Source: Camelus dromedarius (taxonomy: Eukaryota). From it: a stretch of DNA of 64,000 nt. Of the stretch, positions 40,301-51,199 are shown one piece after another. The translations under genes were made by a program, and so were the position numbers. The DNA lies in contig NC_087437.1 in NCBI RefSeq assembly GCF_036321535.1, positions 102,922,001-102,986,000 of the forward strand, in the 5' to 3' direction. Every line of letters begins with the position of its first letter. Position 1 is the first letter of the stretch. A model generated the notes under the pieces. That model did not search any database. It had not been told where the DNA came from and saw nothing but the letters and a program-made list of their open reading frames with translations.

Positions 40301-43004
40301 ATCCCTTCCTTGGGAGTCCACCATATGAGTTTGTGTGATTGTTATGTTTTGGGTTTTCATTAAGCCTTACTCCCTGGTGAATAAGCACATTAGTGAGATA
40401 ACACATCAGATTGTCATGAGACTTGAAATCTGTAGGGGAGATTATGTCAAGGTCAGGTAGATAACATTTCTGAACTTCTAGACTTCAAATTTCATGCAAA
40501 ATATATTTCTAGACAACTTCGTCATAACTTTAAATGTGTGTGATACGTGTAATTTTCACTGTGTTATTAAGAATAAATACTTAAGTTTTACTTAGTTTTG
40601 GGTGCTTTATATGAAGTGATGATAACTTTACATAGCTTGGATACAAGTGATTTAAGAAGCTCTCTCCTTTTCTTTTTTTCAAATTTCTACATCATACATT
40701 TGATGTAGTACAAGCAGATTTCCCCATCAGAAGCACAAGTTAAGGGACTGGGAAATGACCTCTAAACTTAGAGTAACAGGAAAACCAAAATATGAAGGCA
40801 ATACCTCTTCAAATATTGTCTAGTATAGTTGCTAATAGACAATAAATAATTGTGGGTTTTAACAAATTTCAGTTGTGTATGGAAATCTGAGCAGAGTTTG
40901 GAAATAATTATTCTTTATATTCAATGATGGTATAGAGGTATAATTACTACTCATTAAAGTTCTTTAACATATATATTTTAATATATAAAATGAGTTATTT
41001 CATATAAAATCAAAATTTTTCTGTAATTGGCTAGAGTTTACAAAAAAAGACAACCCAGTATGCTCATTTCATTGTGTTTATCTCTCAAGGAAGTTCTTAC
41101 TCAAAAAAAAGCAGGCTAAAATTCTCTGGATTAAAACAAGTGTTTGATAAATAATTTCATAAAGACCCTTGGATTTTCCAGTCATGAAGTAGTATCCACA
41201 TTTGTATATGTAGCTGTTGGCAAAAGTAAAGAAAACCAGTGAACTGCAGGAAAGGCTGATGACATGGTGTCATACGGGTCCTGTGGATCACAAGTGACAC
41301 ACGACAACAGGTGAAAGGTTCCATCTAGTGGCGTATGGTTTTCTCCACTTGAAAAACACACATAAAGGGCTAGATACATTGTGTCCCTTGAGCAGTAGTT
41401 AAAAACATTAAACCTCAGACTACAGAACCTTTCTGTTGAGTACAATTTTGTGTAGGGTCCCATGGTGAACAAAGTATAAAAAGGAAAGCTGATTAAAATG
41501 GGGCAGGTGTCTTGGAAGTCAGCCCAGAAACTCAGAAGCCTCCAGGGATGCCAAGCAGTCAGCAGAACACATGTGCATTTTAGGTTCTGTGGTATTAGAC
41601 CCAATAAAACTTTAGCATTTATCTGGTCCCATTCCTGTGTTGTATAAATGAGATATTAAAGTTTGCAGGTTTCGGGGTTTGCCTTTAATCCCACAGGAAG
41701 TAGTCAGACTGTGTCTTCTAAAACCAAATCAAGGATATTAAAATCACTCTGTTCTTAAAGATTTGTTCAACTGGCCCCTATTTGAGTAGCAAATATTTTT
41801 AAGAGGAGCTTTAAATATGTGGTAAAAATAAGAATAAAAATGGGTCATATTAAAGAGTGGCTTTGAAGTTAATAATGACTGGAAATATAAAACTCCTTTA
41901 TGTCTAGATAAGACTTAAAATTTGTGGAAATGTAGGTATCAAAGATTAGTAATTGGATGTTAAAATTTCCAGATCTTGACTGAAGCCTTAAGATTTAGAA
42001 GGTATAATAAACCAAAGTTAAGTGGGATTCACATTTTAAAAACTTATTCTAAACCTGGCTACTTTTCTGTGGCTTTTGAATCCTCATCCACTGGATGATA
42101 TAAAAGTGATGAATTATTCAATGTTGTGTTGAAAGGGTACCTTTGAAGTAAATTTCTTTGGAAAAAACTACTGAGATTTATTCCTCTTTGAACCAAAGCA
42201 AGGATGTGGGTTGATGTACCTGTCTCCTCTTATCAGCCTTTTACCAAACCACTTAGAGATGTGTTTCCTACAATCAGAGGAACACAGTAAAATGGTGTCC
42301 ACCTAGTTCCTGACTAGTCCGTAGGAAGAAAGATGTGCAAGTTGGTTGTACTGGTGATAGAACAAAGGACATTGTAACTAAGATGCAGTCATTCTAAATT
42401 TCGAAAATTATCCAAGAGAATGATGAATATGTGTTAATATTGAACAGATTTGGGCCATGCAGAAAAATACATTTGGGAAGAGGATTGATTTAGATTCTAC
42501 CCAACTGAGTAATCAAAATTCACCAGACAGAAGCTGGAAAGAGACCATTGGATTCCTTGGTATTAAGCAAGCAACAGAGGGAAGATTTTCTGCAAATTAA
42601 GGGAGGTCTCCAAATATATGCAAAAGTGTTCTGCAAACGAATGAATTAGTTTGAACTATCTCCCAGTTCCAGAAAGCACAGGACCACCTTCACGCAGTAC
42701 CAATGAAGTGAGAAGATGGTGACCTCTCTTGTCTACCCATCCATTTTCAACCCCTAAAGTTTTATCCAGGGACAAGAGAAGACATTTCCCCACTAAACAA
42801 ATTAAAAATGAAGTAAGGGAGAAAAAATTAATTTTCTCTTAATATTAGACCCTGAATCCTGCTTCTTCGTGATTCAGTTATTGACGTAAGAATTTACCAT
42901 CAGTACTAACATTACACTTGGGAGCAGGATGAAATCCACATTCCTAGTTAAGATTATAAAGCTGAATTCAATGTGTGTGTGTGTGTGTGTGTGTGTTTCT
43001 TAAG

Positions 43005-43380
43005 ACAGCCTAGTGCAGGAAGTTAAGAGACCAGACTCTAGATCAAGACTGTCTGGGATCAAGTTCCAGCTCTACCATGTACCAAACTTGTGACCCTCTG
43101 GCGACTTATTCTAACTTCTTGGTGCCTTATTTTACTTATCTGTAAAATATTTGTGACAGTAGTACCTGCTTGAGGGGTTGGGCGTATAGCCCAGCAGTAG
43201 AGCATGTGCTTAGCATGCACAAGGTCCTGGATTCAATCCCCAGGACTTCCATTAAAAAAAAAAAAGCTTTAAAATAAAAAACAGTAGTACCTATCTGATA
43301 GGGCCCTTTTAAGGAATGAATGAGTTGAACAATTCTCAGCGTATGTAAAGTTCCATAAAATTATTTATTGCTAATATTGT
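43005..43380 (+). mobile_element. MIR SINE, split by a tRNA-derived SINE
   Basis: GTTAAGAGACCAGACTCTAGATCAAGACTGTCTGGGATCAAGTTCCAGCTCTACC...TATCTGTAAAAT. Confidence 0.75.
43174..43280 (+). mobile_element. tRNA-Ala(AGC)-derived SINE (camelid vic-1 type)
   Basis: GTATAGCCCAGCAGTAGAGCATGTGCTTAGCATGCACAAGGTCCTGGATTCAATCCCCAGGACTTCCA plus an A-tail. The direct repeat ACAGTAGTACCT lies at 43156-43167 and 43281-43292. Confidence 0.9.
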
Positions 43381-44149
43381 TATAAATGATAGGTCCAGTA
43401 AGCTGGCTATCTTATTACTGACAATGTTAGATCAAAGGTCATGCATATTTACAAATTTATTAGACAGTGTCAAGCTGTGATCTAAAAGCCATTTACAAAG
43501 AACTCTCTCTAAATTTAAAAGAAGAAGCTGCATATTAATGGAGGCTGTGTGAAGGGAAACGTCAGGAGGTCCTTTAGCAATGAATGATAGTTTATAGAGA
43601 GTCAGCCTTTTTGAAAGTTATTTGGGAGAAAGCTACAGAACAGGTGGACTGTCTGACCTGTTTGCCCTGTGAAAATTGGTATTTGAAATGACCCGAGTCT
43701 CAACCTGAGAATTTTCAAAGTGACAAATTATGCTCATTTGGCTTGTAATGATGTTCTGATTACAGGCTGTAAGACCAATGATGGATTTCCTTAACTTCTT
43801 TTCTTAATGTTCTCCAATCCTGTTGTGACCTTTTCATATTCAAGCATGGAAAAGTGTTTTCAGGAACAACTAAAAGTTTTATAATTATGTATTTAAATAT
43901 ATATTTCTTTTCTCAGGATAAACTTACATTTTTTTTAATCACTCTTTTTATGTGTGCCTTAATCCTCGTAGTACGCTCTCTATTTGTTTAAACAAATGTG
44001 TAATGAAAGCAGTTTTAAGGATTACCTAATTTCTCTTGTTTTTGGTAGGATTTAGAAGCTCTGAGTCAGGCATACCTTTGATATCTCTGGATAAAAGATA
44101 CTGGCATCTACTTGTCTTCATTATTGTAAAATTATTTTTATTAATCATT

Positions 44150-46050
44150 CTCAGTATTTATTGTATTACTGCTATAGGCGTAAAACCAGGCCCTGGAGAT
44201 ACAAATGTGAACAGGACAGATCGACACTATCCTCACGATGCTTACAATAGTGTGAGGACAGAGCATGGACAATCTTACACTTGACACTTGTGCGCATACA
44301 GGAGGCACAGATTAGCTCACCTGGGGATAGTTGAATAGGTGGCTGATTTTAAACCTGATGAGAAGAGAAGCAGCCAAGGAGGCTGAGAAAGAGGAACAAG
44401 TGAGGGGGGGATGAAAATCCCGAGAGTGCCAGAAAACAGAGCAGCAGATACTGTTTCCAAAAGGAGGTGGTGCTAAAGGCCACGCAATGGCACTAGCATG
44501 TCATGTGTGATGTAGAAACATGGAGATTATTGAAAACCTTGACAGGGCCTGCTCATTGCAATGGCAGAGGTTGAATCCAAACTGAATAGGATTTAGGAGT
44601 GAATCAGAAAAAGAGAAATGGAAACCATAAGTTTGTTTTTTAGATCTGTGAGTCTGTTTCTATTCTGTATATAGATTCATTTTGTTTTATTTTTCAGATT
44701 CTACCTATAAGTGGTAGAGTATAATATTAATCTTTCTCTTTCTGACCTACTCTACTTAGTATGATATTCTTTATGTACATCTAGTTGCTACAAATGGCAA
44801 TAATCCATTCTTTTCCATGGCTGAGTAACATTCCATTATATACGAAATATTAAGAAAAGAGAGTGATATACATATATCACATCTTCTTAAGCCAACTGTC
44901 TGTTGATGAACACGTGGGTTGTTTCCACATCTTGGCTATTGTAAATAGTGCTGCTATGTATCTTTTTCAATCAGAGTTTTCATTTTTCTTGAATATATGC
45001 TGCCCAGGAGTGGGATTGCTGGATCATATGGTAAGTCTATTTTTAGTTTTCTAGGAAACTTCCATACTGTTTTCCATAGGGGCTGCATTAATTTACATTC
45101 CCACCAACAGTATAGGAGGGTTCTCTTTTCTCTGTACTGTCTCCATCATTTATTATTTGTAGACTTTTTGATGATGGCCATTCTGACTGGTGCTACCTTA
45201 TTGTGGTTTTGATTTGCACTTATCTAATAGTTAGTGATGCTGAGCATCTTTTCATATGCCTGCTGGTCATCTGTATGTCTTCTTTGGCATCATAACAGAA
45301 GTGTCTCTGTATCACTCATGTCTTTTCATATGCCTGTAGGTCTTCTGCCCAATTTTTGATCGGGTAGTTTTTTGTTCGTTTGTTTTTGTATTGAGTTCTA
45401 TGAGGTATTTGTATATTTTGGATATTAGTCAGTTGCATCACTTGCAAATGTTTTCTCTAATTCTATAGGTTGTCTTTTTGGGGAAAGGGAAGGGAGGGAT
45501 AATTTAGAAGAATGGTATTAGCAAATACAGACTACTGTACTTAAAATAGATAAGCAACAAGGATTTACTGTATGGCACAGGGAACTATATTCAATATCTT
45601 CTAATAACCTTTAATGAAAATAATCTGGAAATAAATGTATATATAAGGTCACAACAGGACTGGAGAACATTAAGAAAAGAAGTTAAGGAAATCCATCATC
45701 GATCTTATATATAAATGTATATATAACTTAATCACTTTGCTATATACCTGAGAATAACACAATATTATTAAATCAACTACACTTCAGTAAACAAAGAAAG
45801 AGAGAGCAAGAGAAAGCACACATAAACATTCCTTATAAAAGTTTATCTAATGGGATGCAGAGAATTGGAATGTTTGCTGAAGAGGGATATGGGCTCACAG
45901 AATATTGAAGACAGAAGATATTAGAGCATGGCTGAATGACCCATGGAGGGCTGACATTATGGTGCATGTGAGAAACCCCTGAATGAACAAGAGCTAGTTC
46001 TAGCATGGGAGGAGTGCATAATGAAATAGCAGGTTGATATCAACAATAAA
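44150..46050 (-). mobile_element. L2 LINE split by a 5'-inverted L1
   Basis: TATTTATTG...CCAGGCCCTGGAGATACAAATGTGAACAGGACAGA...; TTTCCAAAAGGAGG...; resumes after about 45810. Confidence 0.65.
44619..45800 (+). mobile_element. 5'-inverted (twin-primed) LINE-1: inverted part 44619-45480, sense 3' end 45481-45800
   Basis: The left part is antisense ORF2 end/3'UTR, collinear with 24915-25770. The right part is sense 3'UTR (GGGAGGGATAA...CACAGGGAACTATATTCAATATCTT...AATCAACTACACTTC). The two parts are adjacent in the collinear copy at 50080-50120. Confidence 0.88.
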
Positions 46051-46119
46051 AATCTAATGAAGAGACTTGAAAGGAAAGAGATTTTGTGAGCCAGAGCATC
46101 AGCTTCTAGGTCCTACAAG

Positions 46120-46409
46120 ACATTTGGTTCTGTCCAAAATGTCCATGAGATATTTGGGCCATAACACAATTGGTCCATAAGACTTTGATCCATGCCAGAA
46201 GGTTCTTGAAATTTGGTCCTATCCAAAATGTCCACGAACATATTTGGCCCATGCCAAATGGTTTTGGAAAGGACTAAATATCAAGGGCCTTTGGCATGGA
46301 CCAAATGTCTCCACAGAAGTTTTGGACAGGACCAAATAGTCCTGCAAATATCAAGGATATTTTGGTGTGGACCGAATATCTTATGGACATTTTGGACAGG
46401 ATCAAATGT
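46120..46409. repeat. Fold-back (palindromic) element with internal ATTTGGTCC..CCAAA subrepeats; probable ancient non-autonomous DNA transposon
   Basis: Outer arms 46120-46161 and 46368-46409 are reverse complements at 37/42 positions. Inner arms 46211-46258 and 46290-46337 are also complementary. Confidence 0.85.
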
Positions 46410-48959
46410 TTGTTAACTGACTAAAAGTTTTGTCTGTGTAACAGTGTTGTATGGATAGTGAAGTAGATTGATAGACTCGACCAAGGTACCCAATTTAAAG
46501 GAATGTACAAGAAATGTTTTACATATTTATAAGTAATGGGCTATTTCTGTTTCTTCTTCTGGGTAGTTTGTCTATTTAAAATACTTAGTCTTGTATTAAA
46601 TAGATATTGACCTTAAACTTAAGCTCCTTTTCTTTATTATGCAGATTAAGTGAACTATTTATCTTATACCCATCTTTGTCTTTGCATCCTAGTCCATCAT
46701 TACAGAAGTGTCTCTGTATCACTCATGTCCAGGCCAGTTTGGGTCTATAATGAACACTTAAATTTCATTTGATAAAGGAATGGATTTTAGGTGTGTAATA
46801 TTGATATCTTATTAGGTTATTTCCTTCCTTATTATTTATAATAATATATTTATAATAAAATTTTCTGTAAAATCTGACCTGCTTGAGGAATGCTAAGAAG
46901 AAAAATAGATAAATCTTTTTTACCTATCACTGGAAGAAAAGTTAAATGAAGTACAGTCTGGGGAAAAACTGTGACCATGAAAATGAAAGTAAAAGTGAGA
47001 AACTTCAAAGGACAACTTAAAATAAGTGGAAAAGATGGATATATTCTTTTTATTTCCATGAAAGGTAATATCACAGTCCTATATAGAAGTTTTCAATATG
47101 CTGAAATTCTTTAGTTATTACTGAAAAATTTAAAGAGAAATATAGTTGTCAAAATTAAATATTGAATTTCAAACATCTTTAGTTTTCCTAGTAATCATTT
47201 TGTAGTAAATTATGTTACATGTGATACGTGTTTCTCTTTTATAGAAGACCACAGTTTTACACAAACAAATTAAAAAGAGAGAGATAAAGAATAATATATG
47301 ATAATAAAACAACCTACATTTAATTATATCATTTGAGATAGTTTACCATTGTATAAATTTGACCTATAATAGGACTAATTCTGACCTTAGTGAATAGCTC
47401 TAATTTTTAAATTAAAACCAGAATTTTGATTAGAATATAGTTGTATTATACATACCGTGTGGCTCATCATTTCTAATTTGTTAGAAGAGCATCCCAGGCT
47501 AGAGTGACTTAAATGTGTGTGTGTGTGGAGGGGGGGCACATATACACATGGTGCCGTTTAAAATCAGAGTTGTTGAGTTCTGATAATATACTAGGACTTG
47601 ACTTAAACTCTTTACATCTATTAACTTACCAATTTTTATAAAGACTATATCAGTTTTTATAAACACTAAAGGTATATCTCCCTTTGTAAAGATGAGAAAA
47701 CTGAGATTGAGAGACAAAGAGTTTAATTAACTTGTCCAAAGTGATTTGGATAGTGAGTGGCCAACCCAGTGTCAATCTAACTACTTTTTTATATAATCAT
47801 GTGTTTCTGCAGAGCCCAATAACAGCAGTAAATCTTACTGGTAGTAGTGATATTGAGAATTTACAAGATTAACATAAGAAATAAAAGTTTATATACAATA
47901 GATTTAAATATTTTTAGGATGTAAATAACTAGAGCTGAACCCCATTTTGAAGATAAGAAAACTGAGACTCAAAGTGTACTTGATAATAATGAAAGGGGAA
48001 GAAGTGATAGTGTAAGTTTAGGGTGAGGGAATAAATTTTACAGCTACCACTGAAACAAGAAATGGAGAACATTAGCAAACATCCTGGCTTTTTATTGTCA
48101 TATTTTAGTAGGAAAACAAGGAAACTACATGTAGAAAATACATAAGTGTTATGTAGAAACTATACCACTTAGAAGTATAGAATGAAAGAAAAAAGAATAA
48201 ATCTGAATATTTATGCCTTTAAGTAAAATTGTTCCACATAAAAATATCCAGGTATTTATCTTATTCTGAATGATGTATACAGAAGTGCATGCATTAAAAA
48301 CCTAACATATTCAATTAAAAAACAAAGTCAATGAATAATTATAATGACTGCATATTTTCTTTTCAAGATTACTATATTTTTGCTTCTATTATGACATGGG
48401 ACTCGGTAGTAAATCCTCCCAAAGGCCTGGAATTCTAAAATTGAACATTAATACATCATTAACAACAACTAGATTTGTATGGACTAGAATCTGGAAGACA
48501 CTTTCTGTTTCATATAAAAATGCTAAAATATTGATTAAAAATTATTCTGACGTGTGTTTGATCCACTAACCCTTCCACACATATTTTGACAGTGTGTGCA
48601 GTGTCGCAGATATTACTGCTGTAGCTGTAATAAACAACTCAAAGTGTGAAGATGAAATATTAGCCAGACTCCAGTCATATTTTCTCAATTTTATACCTTC
48701 ATAGCTACCAGACTTACACAGGAAGTGACTGAATGTGAAATAAAACTGTGTGCACTTGTGTACTCAGGGTGGGGGTGGGAAGACTTTAAAATTTTGATAG
48801 GATCAGTTAATATCTGAGTTCAAGTTATTAATACAATATCACCTCTAAAATGTGTATTTCACATTCCCAGTCATCTTAAGCTGGATCAGAATGTGAAGTT
48901 TTTGTGAACCTACCTGATCTAAATTCTAACCAAACACTGTGGCTTGAGTCAGGTCACAT

Positions 48960-49364
48960 GGTGTGATGAAAAGGGAGAAGCACCACTGAGTCCCCCTCCA
49001 GAAAGGACCTGCTGCTCCTGCTTCTGGGGGTTTTATCAGGAGACAGACTTCAGCTGTCAGCCCATTTTTAGGGACTGCCTCAACAGCAGAGGGTCTCCTC
49101 ACCCAAGGGACAGCCTGCACCTGATGACTAATTGAGGTAGGAATAAAGACCTGAGCTTTTTAGCCCAATACAGATAATTCCCATAGGCCCTTTCAGTCCC
49201 GTGGCTCTCTCTGAGGATTACTGAACCCACTGGATCCTCCTTCTGCCTTGCAGTTGATTTTTTCCCTCCACCCAACCCTTCATCTCTCAGTTCCCTTCTA
49301 ACGGGGTTGACTCCTTAGCACTAAGTATCTCTAGGAGTCCACTTCACAGAGAATCGAAGTTACA
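48960..49364 (+). mobile_element. LTR16-like solo LTR (ERVL)
   Basis: GACAGACTTCAGCTGTCAGCCC...GGGACTGCCTCAACAGCAGAGGGTCTCCTCACCCAAGG resembles remembered LTR16 consensus; GC-richer block ending in ACA. Confidence 0.65.
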
Positions 49365-49429
49365 GCTTCAGAAGTATGGAGCTCAACAAATGGACCATCT
49401 AGGCCCTAGGGTCACAAGATCGAATTCTG

Positions 49430-49744
49430 CAGGAGCTGTTTTAGTTTGACGAGATGGCTTATACACAGCAGAAATTTATTGCTCACAGTTCTGGAAGCTG
49501 GAAGTCCAACATCAGGACTTGGTGGTCCTGATGGTGCGGTGAGCAGCCTTCTCCTTGTGTCCTCACATGGAAGAAGGGCAGGGAGCTCTGTAGGATCGCT
49601 TTTATGGACTATAATTTCATTCATGAGTGATCCAGCCTCATATCCTAATCACCTCCCAGAGACCTCACCTTCTAACACCATCACATTGGGCACTAGAATT
49701 TCAACAAGTACATTCTTGGGCAACACAAACATTCAGCCCATAGT
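49430..49744 (-). mobile_element. MLT1 (MaLR) LTR
   Basis: AGAAATTTATTGCTCACAGTTCTGGAAGCTGGAAGTCCAACATCAGG...CACAAACATTCAGCCCATAG are diagnostic MLT1 antisense motifs. Confidence 0.88.
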
Positions 49745-49787
49745 AGGAGCCAAGTGGCTATCTTATTGAGTGAATTAGTCTCAGCAT

Positions 49788-50453
49788 CAAAATGGAGTTA
49801 TCGTATGATCCACTCCTGGGCATACATCTACAGAAAACTCTAATTAGAAAGGATACATGCCCCTCAGTGTCCACAGCAGCACTATTTACAGTAGCCAGGA
49901 TATGGACGCCACCTAAATGCCATCTGCAGCAACATGGATGGACCTGGGACTACCATACTAAATGAAATAAGTCAGACAGAGAAAGACAAATATCATGTGA
50001 TAGCACTTATATATGGAATCTTAAAAATAAGACAAATGAACTTATTTACAAAACAGAAATAGACTCTGAGACATAGAATATAAACTTATGGTTACCAAAA
50101 GGGGAGGGGGAGAGGGATAAATGAACAGTTTAGGATTAACATGTACACACTACTCTACATAAAATAGATAAGCAACAAGCATTTACTGTGGAGCACAGGG
50201 AGCCATATTCAATAACTTGTAATAACCTATAATGGAAAAGAATCTGAAAAAGAATAAATACACATATAGATATAATAGATATATCTATAATAGATATCTA
50301 ATGTTTATATATCGATATTTATTTGATATATATATATATCTAATATCTTATATAATAGATGTAAGAATATATATGTATAACTGAATCACTTTGCTGTACA
50401 CCTGAAACTAATGCAACTTTATAAATCAACTATACTTCACTAAAAATAAAATA
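49788..50453 (+). mobile_element. LINE-1 3' end (end of ORF2 and 3'UTR) with an internal AT-rich minisatellite
   Basis: CCACTCCTGGGCATACATC...GCAACATGGATGGACCT...AGTCAGACAGAGAAAGACAAATATC...AAATCAACTATACTTCACTAAAAATAAAATAA. Confidence 0.9.
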
Positions 50454-51155
50454 ATGGTGAATGTGGCAGTGGTACTGTGGGGACCAGAAACTGGAGAGAA
50501 AAAGTCCCCTCTAAAGAAAATCAAATTCATTCAAAATAAAATATGATGAGGCAAACTAAATGTATTTTAGAACCAAAAGAGAAAACTCATTGTTGCTAAA
50601 TCTTCAAAGCATCCAGTCATGGGTAGCAGAGGAAAAACAATAGAAATAAAGCAATATTCAGGGATTTCAAAGCTTAAACTCTGATTAAAATATACATTTT
50701 TCTAACTAAAATATGGCTGTAAAAGATCTAATGTATATTATTTCTGCACTTTTTTATAGTAGGAATACACCTTGCCAAGTTCCTTCCATCTCCAAGACTA
50801 AACATTTGTCAGTATAGAAATGACTGAGCTGAATAGGTAACTCAAAGTGGACTTGGCTGAGGAATTTGCCAGGAAAGTGCTGAGAGAAAAATAAGAGCTC
50901 TCTTACACTGAATTAATGTGGAACTGAAATTTCAGTTAGGCATGGTGAAACGGAAAGCATTGCACAATTGTGACAAAAGATTGGGTCTGAAGCTTGTCTC
51001 CACAGGTACTATGACTAGAGATCTAAGTGATATTCTCCATGCTTTGGTCTTTCCAATGTTAAATTACGTTATTATTAACACCTCTCACTTTACCTGTTTT
51101 ATATCACTCTTGTGAGGAATATGAGAAATAATATATAAGAAAACACTTTATCAGT

Positions 51156-51158
<3 letters not shown>

Positions 51159-51198
<40 letters not shown>
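51159..51198. repeat. (TG)n microsatellite
   Basis: Seen directly. Similar tracts lie at 42972-42996 and 53201-53241, and a CA-rich tract at about 63079-63118. Confidence 0.95.

Positions 51199-51199
<1 letters not shown>

Noticed and set aside
41317..41335. Second CTCF-like motif (minus strand CGCCACTAGATGGAAC)
   Set aside because: It has GGA in place of the strongly conserved GGC, so the match is too weak to call without data.
41182..41604. 140-aa minus-strand ORF
   Set aside because: No recognisable domain, composition typical of random intronic translation, and no convincing splice or Kozak context.
42280..42870. Possible decayed ERV internal sequence
   Set aside because: The composition is suggestive, but I could not match any motif or find LTR boundaries.
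43174..43252. tRNA-Ala gene
   Set aside because: The acceptor stem and A box are disrupted, and the A-tail and TSD show it is a SINE.
46120..46409. CRISPR-like repeat-spacer array
   Set aside because: Mammalian context; the repeats are degenerate, irregularly spaced and invert at the centre; no cas genes.
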